The translations under genes and the position numbers were made by a program. DNA of 13,655 bases. Origin: Abditibacteriaceae bacterium (GTDB taxonomy: Bacteria; Armatimonadota; Abditibacteriia; Abditibacteriales; Abditibacteriaceae). Within the stretch, counting starts at the first letter, position 1. Each line of letters opens with the position of its first letter. The DNA lies in the NCBI GenBank assembly GCA_031425655.1, contig JANPJS010000087.1:1-13655 (forward strand), read 5' to 3'. This document shows, piece after piece, positions 1-7,553 of this stretch. The notes beneath the pieces were generated by a model. That model ran no database searches, was not told the DNA's origin, and saw only the letters and a program-made list of their open reading frames with translations.

Positions 1-102
1 ACCAAGGGGGTTGGGGGTTTCCTTGAGCCGCAAAGCGGCTCTTTGCAGCGCCATCACTTAATGCCATTGGGCGAAGCACCGCTCCCAAGCTCCGATTACT
101 AA
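1..102 (+). CDS. Probable 3' end of an upstream gene, truncated by the window edge (...TKGVGGFLEPQSGSLQRHHLMPLGEAPLPSSDY*)
   Basis: Frame 1 is open from base 1 to TAA at 100-102, immediately followed by a strong terminator hairpin. Product not recognisable. Confidence 0.45.
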   Translation, partial: TKGVGGFLEPQSGSLQRHHLMPLGEAPLPSSDY

Positions 103-138
103 AACGGCGCCCGCCACGTTGGTGGCGGGCGCCGTTTT
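101..138. terminator. Intrinsic terminator, likely bidirectional
   Basis: Perfect 17-bp inverted repeat AAAACGGCGCCCGCCAC (101-117), loop GTTG, GTGGCGGGCGCCGTTTT (122-138), giving a T-run on both strands. Confidence 0.85.
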
Positions 139-172
139 GTGCTTTAAGATAGGCACAGTGGCAACGCTGATT

Positions 173-178
173 TAAACT
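173..178 (+). promoter_or_regulatory. Putative -10 box (TAAACT) for a leaderless MFS transcript
   Basis: TAAACT lies 7 nt before the ATG at 186 and no Shine-Dalgarno sequence is present. Confidence 0.45.
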
Positions 179-185
179 GCGGGCC

Positions 186-1619
186 ATGCAAGAGCAGGGA
201 AATGACCCATCGCCAAGCGGACGATGGGCGGCGCTTTTAGGAAAGAATGGGCCTCTGGGCGTCTTTGTCCAATATCCTCTTCTACTTCGTCTGGCCGTGA
301 TTTCGGTTTGCGCGGAAATCGCGTGGGCTACGCTGATCATCGTCCTGCAATATCACTTCAAAGACGATTTGCTGCGGAATTTCACGCATCAACTCATCGT
401 TTCGCGCGTGGCGACGGTGACTTTCGCCTTCGTGGCCTGCGAAACCATTCTCAAATATCCGATGGGCACGCTTTCCGACCGCTTCGGGCCGCGTCCCATG
501 ATTCTGCTGGCGCTGGTGATTTCCACTATTTCGCCGCTGCTGATGACGCAGGCCGATCAATGGTGGCATTTCGTGCCGCTGCGCGCGTTGGACGGCGTGG
601 CGGCTGCGGCTTTGTGGCCGGCCATGAGTTCTCTGATGGCGCGCAGTGTGCCGCGCGAAGCCAAATCCGCAGCCATGAGCGTGTTTAACGGTGCTTATTG
701 TGCCGGTTTAGCCATTGGGCCGATGCTGGGCTTGTATGTCGGGCACCGATTCGGCAACTCGGCAGTTTTTCCGTTGTGTTCCCTGGTGATGTTCTGCGGA
801 TTGGTCATCGCCTATACCGTCCTGACCGGCGAATTAGGCGCTCCGGTGAAAGTGAAGGACGACGACGAAGGCATTTCACTGTTTCGCAAGCGCCCGGTTT
901 TGCTGCGCATGATGATGCTTTATGCGCTGTCGCAATCGGCGGTCGGACTGATCGCCAACGTGCTGATTCTTTATATTGACACGCAGTTCGGCATTCACGA
1001 AGGCGATTTGCCGCGCTTGATTTTAGGCCCGGCGCTGTTTATCGGCGTTTTGGCGTTGCCGATTGGCCACGTCGCCGATAAAATCGGACGCCCGCGCGCT
1101 ATTTGGATTTCTTACGTGCTGGCATCGCTGGGCATGGTATTCGTGGCATTGACCAGCCGCATGGAGCCGACGACGCAAATGATGTCGTGGCCGGTCGCGG
1201 TTTTCGGGCTGGGAATGCTGCTGCTCATCGCGTCCTATATTTTGGGCACGCCGGCCTGGCTCGGCCTGACTTCGTTGCAAGTGGACGAGGCGCATCAAGC
1301 CAAAGCGTTATCGCTGATGCAAACCGCGCAGGGCGTCGGATTGATAATGGGAACCGGCTTGGTCATGAGCGCCGGCGCGCTTTTGGTGCGCTCGGAAAAT
1401 CTGTATCAGGCGGTGCGGTTGCGCTGGCCGAAATTGCATTTATCGGAACACGGCAGCAGGTTCGTCGAAACCGACGCCGTTCCCATTGCGATCTGGCTGT
1501 GGGGAGCGGCTTTGGTGTTTGTCCTTTGTTTAATAGGTTCTTTGTTATGGGTGCATGAGCCGGAACATCACGAATCCTCACAAACTTCGCAGCAACCCCC
1601 TTTGCCGAGCGAAGTCTAA
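186..1619 (+). CDS. Major facilitator superfamily transporter (DHA1-like), 477 aa
   Basis: About 12 hydrophobic segments, MFS motif A GTLSDRFGPR with its second copy GHVADKIGRPR, LRALDG (motif B-like) and GLAIGPMLG (motif C-like). Confidence 0.9.
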   Translation: MQEQGNDPSPSGRWAALLGKNGPLGVFVQYPLLLRLAVISVCAEIAWATLIIVLQYHFKDDLLRNFTHQLIVSRVATVTFAFVACETILKYPMGTLSDRFGPRPMILLALVISTISPLLMTQADQWWHFVPLRALDGVAAAALWPAMSSLMARSVPREAKSAAMSVFNGAYCAGLAIGPMLGLYVGHRFGNSAVFPLCSLVMFCGLVIAYTVLTGELGAPVKVKDDDEGISLFRKRPVLLRMMMLYALSQSAVGLIANVLILYIDTQFGIHEGDLPRLILGPALFIGVLALPIGHVADKIGRPRAIWISYVLASLGMVFVALTSRMEPTTQMMSWPVAVFGLGMLLLIASYILGTPAWLGLTSLQVDEAHQAKALSLMQTAQGVGLIMGTGLVMSAGALLVRSENLYQAVRLRWPKLHLSEHGSRFVETDAVPIAIWLWGAALVFVLCLIGSLLWVHEPEHHESSQTSQQPPLPSEV

Positions 1620-1646
1620 ACCCGCTGTTTTCGAGGTTTATTCTTC

Positions 1647-2474
1647 ATGCGTAAATTAATTTTTGCTTCTGCTGTTTTTTGTGCCACTGTAAGCGCGCGT
1701 CCGGTTATAGCCGCTCCCGAAGCGATAGGTTTTGACGGCGCGATGCCGGATTTGGCTGCTGTGCAAGTCGAAAGCGGCCACGTCTACGATTACACCTTCA
1801 CCAGCGCGCCCGTGGATTGGAAAGTGCAAAGCGGCGTCTGGGAAATGACGAATCGCTGGAGTTGCTCGCCGCAGTGGAGTTGGTTTGGTGGGCGCAGCGA
1901 AGAAGTCGCCTCGATTTGGAATAAGCGCAAGTTTTCCGGCGATTTCTCGGCGCAGTTCTATTTCGCCTTCAAAATGGGCATGGACGGCCCGAAAGCCTTG
2001 TGGCAGGAGCGTCCTTCGGACGCGGCCATCACGGTTTGCGGCGACGGCAAGAATCTGGGCAGCGGCTATTCCTTTATTATCGGCGCCAACGATAATCAGC
2101 ACAGCGTTTTGCTCAAAGGCGGCAAAATCGTCGCGGAATCGGCAGCGCCCGAAGCGGTGATGACTTCGTTCATTGACGGTCGCGTCGAAACCAATCAAAT
2201 TCATCGCAAGTGGTGGTATGCCAAGATCAACAAGATCGGCAACCGCATCGAATGCTGGCTGGATAACAAGCTGCTTTTCACCTACGACGACCCGCAGCCG
2301 ATAGACGCCGGACAACTGGCGCTGTGGACGTATAACAACGGCATCATGCTTTCGCGCGTCCAAGTCTTCTACGAAAACGAAATCAAATCCGATTTCAAAC
2401 TCGCTCGCGGCGCGGCGCCGTCGGCTCCGACTCCTGCTGTTCCCACCAAAGTGGCCGCGATTGCGCGTCACTGA
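1647..2474 (+). CDS. Secreted beta-rich protein, paralog 1 of 4 (possible ConA-like/DUF1080-like fold)
   Basis: Signal-peptide-like N-terminus ending VIA-APEA; Trp-rich core; C-terminal KIGNRIECWLDNKLLFTYDDPQPIDAGQLALWT resembles ConA-like beta-sandwich domains; Pro/Ala-rich tail. The fold is inferred. Confidence 0.8.
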   Translation: MRKLIFASAVFCATVSARPVIAAPEAIGFDGAMPDLAAVQVESGHVYDYTFTSAPVDWKVQSGVWEMTNRWSCSPQWSWFGGRSEEVASIWNKRKFSGDFSAQFYFAFKMGMDGPKALWQERPSDAAITVCGDGKNLGSGYSFIIGANDNQHSVLLKGGKIVAESAAPEAVMTSFIDGRVETNQIHRKWWYAKINKIGNRIECWLDNKLLFTYDDPQPIDAGQLALWTYNNGIMLSRVQVFYENEIKSDFKLARGAAPSAPTPAVPTKVAAIARH

Positions 2475-2495
2475 ATTTCCTCAAGGTAGTTCGTT

Positions 2496-3344
2496 ATGCA
2501 GAATTTAAAATTGCGCCGCTTCGCAGGCGGCTTGCTCGTTAGTGCTTTGGCGGTTTCCTCTTCGACCGCCCATGCCGCACCCGAAGCGATAGGCTTCGAC
2601 GGTGCGATGCCGGATTTAGGCGCCGTGCAAGTCGAAAGCGGCCACGTCTACGATTACACCTTCACCAGCGCGCCCGTGGATTGGAAAGTGCAAAGTGGCG
2701 TCTGGGAAATGACCAATCGCTGGAGTTGTTCGCCGGGCTGGAGCTGGTTTGGCGGACGCAGCGAAGAAGTCGCTGCAATCTGGAATAAGCGCAAGTTTTC
2801 CGGCGATTTTTCCGTGCAGTTTTATTTCGCCTTCAAAATGGGTTTCACGGGTGTGAAGAGTTGGATGGAGCGGCCCGCCGATGCTGCGATTACGGTTTGC
2901 GGCGACGGCAAAAATGTGGGCAGCGGCTATTCGTTCATCTTGGCCGCGAATGACAATCAGCACAGCGTTTTGCTCAAAGACGGCAAACCTGTCGCGGAAT
3001 CGAGCGCGCCCGAAGCGATTTTGGTTTCCAACATTGATGGCCGCGTGGAAGATAACCAACTTCATCGCAAATGGTGGTATGCCAAGATCAATAAAATCGG
3101 CCCTCGCGTCGAATGTTGGCTCGATAACAAGCTGCTTTTCACCTACGACGACCCGCAGCCGATAGACGCCGGGCAATTGGCGCTGTGGACTTACAACAAC
3201 GGCATCATGCTGTCGCGTGTCCAAGTCTTCTACGAAAACGAAGTCAAGTCCGATTTTAAAAGCCTGCGTATTAACGCCCCGGCCAAGCCAAAAACGGCCA
3301 TGCCCGCTAAAGTCGCTTCCGCAGAGCGCACGAGCGTTTTCTGA
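2496..3344 (+). CDS. Secreted beta-rich protein, paralog 2 of 4
   Basis: Signal peptide ending AHA-APEA, core colinear with paralog 1, AAGGT upstream of the ATG. Confidence 0.8.
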   Translation: MQNLKLRRFAGGLLVSALAVSSSTAHAAPEAIGFDGAMPDLGAVQVESGHVYDYTFTSAPVDWKVQSGVWEMTNRWSCSPGWSWFGGRSEEVAAIWNKRKFSGDFSVQFYFAFKMGFTGVKSWMERPADAAITVCGDGKNVGSGYSFILAANDNQHSVLLKDGKPVAESSAPEAILVSNIDGRVEDNQLHRKWWYAKINKIGPRVECWLDNKLLFTYDDPQPIDAGQLALWTYNNGIMLSRVQVFYENEVKSDFKSLRINAPAKPKTAMPAKVASAERTSVF

Positions 3345-4370
3345 TGAAAAGTTTCAATCGCCAATTAAAGCGCCGTTGCTGCGCCGCTGTTTTAACGATA
3401 ATCGGCTTCTCGGCGCCGGTTTTCGCCAGCCCTCAAGCGCCGGTTTCTGCGCCGGACGCCATCGGTTTCAGCGGTGCGATGCCGGATTTAGGCGCCGTTG
3501 AAGTCGAAAGCGGCCACGTTTACGACTACACGTTTTCCAGCGCGCCGGTGGATTGGAAAGTGCAAAGCGGCATTTGGGAAATGACCAACCGCTGGGATTG
3601 CTCGCCGGGTTGGAGTTGGTTTGGTGGACGCAGTCAGGAAATCGCCGCGATTTGGAATAAGCGCAAGTTTTCCGGCGATTTTTCGATGCAGTTTTACTTC
3701 GCTTTCAAAATGGGCTTCGCGAAACCGCTGGCGTGGCGTTACCATCCTGCGAATGTGGCGGTTTCGTTTTGCGGCGACGGCAAAAACTTCGGCAGCGGCT
3801 ATTCCTTTATCATTGGCGCCGACAATAATGAGCACAGCACGTTGCTGAAAAAAGGCCGCGCCGTGGCTGATTCAAGCGCTCCCGAAGCTCTGCTTTATTC
3901 TTTAGCCGACGGTTACCCGGCGAATGAGCATGAGCAACTGCATCGCCGCTGGTGGTATGTGAAAGTCAATAAGATCGGCAATCGCATCGAGTGCTGGCTG
4001 GATAACAGGCTGATTTTCACTTACGACGACCCGCAAGCGCTGAATGCCGGACAATTCGCGCTATGGACTTACAACAACGGCATTATGCTTTCGCGGGTGC
4101 AAATCTTCTACGAAAACGAAGTCAAATCCGACCTCAAAAGTCTGCGTATTAACGCCCCGGCCAAGCCAAAAACGGCAGCGCCCGCTAAAGTCGCTTCCGC
4201 AGCGCACAGGAGCGTTTCTCGATGAGAAGTTTCCATTGCCAATTAAAGCGCCGTTGCTGCGCCGCTGTTTTAACGATAATCGGCTTGTCGGCGCCGGGTT
4301 TTGCCAGCCCTCAAGCGCCGGTTTCTGCGCCGGACGCCATCGGTTTCAGCGGTGCGATGCCGGATTTGGG
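3228..4370 (+). repeat. Duplicated gene junction: ~3228-3492 repeated at ~4106-4370 (offset 878 nt)
   Basis: The two junctions are colinear without indels, with identical runs at 3264-3298 = 4142-4176 (35 nt) and 3425-3489 = 4303-4367 (65 nt). Confidence 0.9.
3344..4225 (+). CDS. Secreted beta-rich protein, paralog 3 of 4 (apparent chimera of a paralog-4-like body and paralog-2-like tail)
   Basis: TGATG overlap with paralog 2, signal peptide ending VFA-SPQ, same conserved core. Confidence 0.8.
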   Translation: MKSFNRQLKRRCCAAVLTIIGFSAPVFASPQAPVSAPDAIGFSGAMPDLGAVEVESGHVYDYTFSSAPVDWKVQSGIWEMTNRWDCSPGWSWFGGRSQEIAAIWNKRKFSGDFSMQFYFAFKMGFAKPLAWRYHPANVAVSFCGDGKNFGSGYSFIIGADNNEHSTLLKKGRAVADSSAPEALLYSLADGYPANEHEQLHRRWWYVKVNKIGNRIECWLDNRLIFTYDDPQALNAGQFALWTYNNGIMLSRVQIFYENEVKSDLKSLRINAPAKPKTAAPAKVASAAHRSVSR

Positions 4371-5079
4371 CGCCGTTGAAGTCGAAAACGGCCACGTTTA
4401 CGATTACACGTTTTCCAGCGCGCCGGTGGATTGGAAAGTGCAAAGCGGCATTTGGGAAATGACGAATCGCTGGGATTGTTCGCCGGGTTGGAGTTGGTTT
4501 GGCGGACGCAGCGAAGAAATCGCCGCGATTTGGAATAAACGCAAGTTTTCCGGCGATTTTTCCGTGCAATTCTACTTCGCTTTCAAAATGGGCTTCATAA
4601 AGGAAGCCAAAACGACGTGGCACTATCATCCGGCCAATGTGGCGATTTCGTTTTGCGGCGACGGCAAAAACTTTGGCAGCGGCTATTCCTTCATCATTGG
4701 CGCCGACAATAATGAACACAGCACGTTGCTGAAAAAAGGCCGCACCGTGGCTGATTCCCGCGCTCCCGAAGCGCTTCTTTATTCTTTGGCCGACGGCTAT
4801 CCGGCGAGTGAGAAACTGCATCGGCGCTGGTGGTATGTGAAAGTCAACAAGATCGGCAACCGCGTTGAGTGCTGGCTGGATAACAAGCTGGTTTTCACTT
4901 ACGACGACCCAAAAGCGTTGGATGCCGGACAATTCGCGTTGTGGACTTACAACAACGGCATCATGCTTTCGCGCGTGCAGATTTTCTACGAAAATGAAGT
5001 GAAAACATCCTCGCAGCCCCGAATTCTCAAGAAAATCGCGGCCTCGAATACACAAATATCGCGCGGTGCCCAGCGTTAG
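4222..5079 (+). CDS. Secreted beta-rich protein, paralog 4 of 4
   Basis: ATGA overlap with paralog 3, same core, unique C-terminal tail. Confidence 0.8.
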   Translation: MRSFHCQLKRRCCAAVLTIIGLSAPGFASPQAPVSAPDAIGFSGAMPDLGAVEVENGHVYDYTFSSAPVDWKVQSGIWEMTNRWDCSPGWSWFGGRSEEIAAIWNKRKFSGDFSVQFYFAFKMGFIKEAKTTWHYHPANVAISFCGDGKNFGSGYSFIIGADNNEHSTLLKKGRTVADSRAPEALLYSLADGYPASEKLHRRWWYVKVNKIGNRVECWLDNKLVFTYDDPKALDAGQFALWTYNNGIMLSRVQIFYENEVKTSSQPRILKKIAASNTQISRGAQR

Positions 5080-5095
5080 TGGCGTTGTTTGAAGG

Positions 5096-5124
5096 TTGCA
5101 CAGACGGCGGGTTGGCTTTAGAAT
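5096..5124 (+). promoter_or_regulatory. Putative sigma70-type promoter
   Basis: TTGCAC (5096-5101), 17-nt spacer, TAGAAT (5119-5124). Confidence 0.6.
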
Positions 5125-5157
5125 GGGTAAGGCTGTCATTTGCCGGGCCGGAGCTAC

Positions 5158-5188
5158 AGGCGGACGCCATCTTTTGCGTCCGCCTTTT
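5158..5188 (+). terminator. Intrinsic terminator or attenuator hairpin upstream of purN
   Basis: AGGCGGACGC (5158-5167), 8-nt loop, GCGTCCGCCT (5176-5185), with T-run 5185-5188. Confidence 0.7.
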
Positions 5189-5244
5189 GCGCGTCTGCGC
5201 GCGGCCCGTTAGTGTGAAATGAATAAAGGTGCTATTTTTTCTCC

Positions 5245-5874
5245 ATGAAAACCGCCAAGCTGGGCATTTTAGTGTCGGGGTATTCGCGGGGCACTAACGT
5301 TCAAGCGATTTTAGATGCCATCCGCGACGGGCAGCTTCATGCCGAAGCCGCATTGTTGGTCGCCACGAATCAAGAACACGGCGCGGTCGAACGCGCTCGG
5401 CAAAATAATGTCAAGACGCTGATTTTGCCGGGGGACGCGCACGATTCGCCCGAAGCGTGGGATCATCGCGTGGCCGATGCGTTTTACGAAGAAGGCGTGT
5501 CGGTTGTGGCTTTGGCCGGTTATCTGCGTAAAGTCAGCCACGTTTTGCTCGAAGCGTTTCCGAATCGCATTCTCAACGTGCATCCGGCGCTGCTGCCGTC
5601 GTTTGGCGGCAAAGGAATGTATGGCCAGCGCGTGCATCAGGCGGTTTTGGAATACGGCTGCAAGGTCAGCGGCTGCACCGTGCATTTAGTCAACGAACGC
5701 TACGATACCGGCCCGATCATCGCGCAGGCGGTCGTCACCATCGAAGAAAACGACACGCCCGAATCACTTTCGGCGCGCGTGCAAACGCAGGAGCATCGCC
5801 TTTATCCGCGCTGTATCGAATGGATGATTCAAGATCAACTGCGCGTCGAAGGCCGGCGCGTGAAGAAGAAGTGA
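5245..5874 (+). CDS. purN: Phosphoribosylglycinamide formyltransferase
   Basis: LVSG..RGTN, LAGYLR, ILNVHPALLPSFGGKGMYG, SGCTVHLV, YDTGPIIAQ and EHRLYP motifs; adjacent to purH. Confidence 0.97.
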   Translation: MKTAKLGILVSGYSRGTNVQAILDAIRDGQLHAEAALLVATNQEHGAVERARQNNVKTLILPGDAHDSPEAWDHRVADAFYEEGVSVVALAGYLRKVSHVLLEAFPNRILNVHPALLPSFGGKGMYGQRVHQAVLEYGCKVSGCTVHLVNERYDTGPIIAQAVVTIEENDTPESLSARVQTQEHRLYPRCIEWMIQDQLRVEGRRVKKK

Positions 5875-5944
5875 GAATACAGAAGCCAGAATCCAGAAGC
5901 GGTGCATAAAACTTCTGAATTCTGACTTCTGTCTTCTGGATTCT
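5867..5944. repeat. Palindrome of 7-nt tandem repeats (AGAAK-NC units) filling the purN-purH junction
   Basis: Left arm AGAAGTG AGAATAC AGAAGCC AGAATCC AGAAG (5867-5899), 12-nt spacer, right arm CTTCT GAATTCT GACTTCT GTCTTCT GGATTCT (5912-5944). Confidence 0.9.
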
Positions 5945-5945
5945 T

Positions 5946-7490
5946 ATGAAAAAAGCATTAATCAGCGTTTCCGATAAAACCGGCGTGGCCGATTTCGCCG
6001 CCGGATTAGTGGCACTTGGCTTTGAAATTCTTTCGACGGGCGGCACTGCGCGCTCGCTGCGCGAATCTGGCGTGCCCGTCACCGACGTGGCGAGTGTCAC
6101 GGGTTTTCCCGAAATGATGGATGGTCGCGTCAAAACCCTGCATCCGGCGATTCACGGCGGACTTTTGGCGCGCCGCGATTTGCCGGAACACATGAACGCC
6201 ATTGCATCGCACAATATCGCGCCGATTGACGTGGTTTGCGTCAATCTTTATCCGTTCGAGGCGACGATTTCCAAGCCGGATGTGACATTGGATGAAGCCG
6301 TCGAAAACATTGATATTGGCGGCCCTTCGATGGTGCGCAGCGCTGCCAAAAATTATGCTTCGGTAGCGATCATCGTTGATCCGTCGGATTACCAAATGGT
6401 GCTCGACGGCCTGCAAAACGACACTTTAGACGAAGCCGAGCGCAAACTTTTAGCCGTCAAAGCCTACGCGCACACTGCGGCCTACGATGCGGCAATTACG
6501 CGCTATTTAGCGGGCGAAACCTTCCCTCAATCACTGCGATTGCCCTTCGAGAAGCGTCAGGATTTGCGCTACGGCGAGAATCCGCATCAAGCAGCGGCCT
6601 TTTACGCCGAACCACGCGCCGAACGCGGCACATTGGCCACTGCGCGCCAGTTGCACGGCTTGGCACTGAGTTTCGTCAACCTTTTCGATTTGGACGGCGC
6701 GTGGAATTTGGTCAACGAATTCGACCGCCCGGCGGCGTGCATCGTGAAACACGCCAACCCCTGTGGCGCCGCCATCGCCGACTCGTTAGCCGAAGCGATG
6801 TCCAAAGCGCGCGATGCTGACCCTGTTTCGCGCTTTGGCGGCATCATGGCCTGCAACCGCGTGGTAGATGCGGCGACCGCGCAGGAAATCATCGTCAAAG
6901 GCTCGCTTTATCACGCCATCATCGCGCCCGGCTACGACGACGACGCGCTCGAACTTCTGCAAAATCGCTCCGGCTGGGGCGCCGATTTGCGGATTCTCAC
7001 GACCGAAGGCGCGCTTTTGCCGTCCGGTGGACTGGATTATAAGCGCGTATCGGGTGGCCTACTGATTCAGGAAGCCGACACACACGCCGCAAAGATTAGT
7101 GCCGAAGATTTGAAAATCGTGACGCAACGCGCGCCAAGTGATGAAGAAACCGCCGATATGCTTTTCGCGTGGAAATGCGTGAAACACGTCAAAAGCAACG
7201 CGATTGCGGTCGCCAAAAACGGCGTGATGATCGGTGCCGGCGCCGGACAGATGAACCGCGTCAACAGCGTAGAATTGGCCTTAAAACAAGCCGGAGAAAA
7301 CGCTCAGGGCGCAGTTTTGGCCTCAGACGCCTTTTTCCCCTTCGACGACGGCCCGGCTTTAGCCGCCAAAGCCGGCATCCGCGCCATTATTCAACCCGGC
7401 GGCAGCAACCGCGACGCCGATTCCATCGCGCTTTGTGACCGCGAAGGCATCGCGATGGTCTTCACCGGCGCACGACACTTCAAGCATTGA
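5946..7490 (+). CDS. purH: Bifunctional AICAR transformylase / IMP cyclohydrolase
   Basis: ALISVSDKTG, STGGT, GRVKTLHP, ENIDIGGPSMVRSAAKN, LRYGENPHQ, VKHANPCG, KHVKSNAI, ASDAFFPF, IQPGGS and FTGARHFKH motifs. Confidence 0.98.
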   Translation: MKKALISVSDKTGVADFAAGLVALGFEILSTGGTARSLRESGVPVTDVASVTGFPEMMDGRVKTLHPAIHGGLLARRDLPEHMNAIASHNIAPIDVVCVNLYPFEATISKPDVTLDEAVENIDIGGPSMVRSAAKNYASVAIIVDPSDYQMVLDGLQNDTLDEAERKLLAVKAYAHTAAYDAAITRYLAGETFPQSLRLPFEKRQDLRYGENPHQAAAFYAEPRAERGTLATARQLHGLALSFVNLFDLDGAWNLVNEFDRPAACIVKHANPCGAAIADSLAEAMSKARDADPVSRFGGIMACNRVVDAATAQEIIVKGSLYHAIIAPGYDDDALELLQNRSGWGADLRILTTEGALLPSGGLDYKRVSGGLLIQEADTHAAKISAEDLKIVTQRAPSDEETADMLFAWKCVKHVKSNAIAVAKNGVMIGAGAGQMNRVNSVELALKQAGENAQGAVLASDAFFPFDDGPALAAKAGIRAIIQPGGSNRDADSIALCDREGIAMVFTGARHFKH

Positions 7491-7493
7491 TAA

Positions 7494-7553
7494 AGTGACG
7501 AATTACGAGTGACGAGTGTCGAATTCAACACTCGTCACTCGTAATTCGTCACT
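7494..7553. repeat. 60-bp near-perfect palindrome of 7-nt repeats between convergent purH and the Rrf2 gene
   Basis: AGTGACG AATTACG AGTGACG AGTGTCG AA | TT CAACACT CGTCACT CGTAATT CGTCACT, with a single mismatch (C7520/A7527) and centre GAATTC. Confidence 0.95.

Noticed and set aside
25..41. Hairpin GAGCCGC-AAA-GCGGCTC as part of an ncRNA
   Set aside because: It is a single short stem inside a probable coding tail at the window edge, with no further support.
2496..4260. Twin-arginine (Tat) export from RR in paralogs 2-4 (KLRRFA, LKRRCC)
   Set aside because: The match to S/T-R-R-x-F-L-K is poor and paralog 1 lacks RR, so Sec-type signals are the simpler reading.
1647..5079. Diversity-generating retroelement as the source of paralog variation
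   Set aside because: No reverse transcriptase or non-coding template repeat is in the window. The differences include indels, do not appear adenine-specific, and all four copies are intact genes.
1656..5139. Long antisense ORFs over the paralogs (1656..2471, 2616..3224, 4270..5139) and other overlapping-frame ORFs
   Set aside because: They are shadows of real genes, expected with GC-rich codon bias, and show no recognisable domains. Their recurrence simply follows the duplication.
5123..5212. 29-aa leader peptide MGKAVICRAG...
   Set aside because: Its ATG lies within the predicted -10 box, it has no RBS, and there is no informative codon run.
5100..5244. ZTP (pfl), purine or PRPP riboswitch upstream of purN-purH
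   Set aside because: Expected from context, but I could not find their conserved sequence elements, and the leader before the hairpin is too short for those aptamers.
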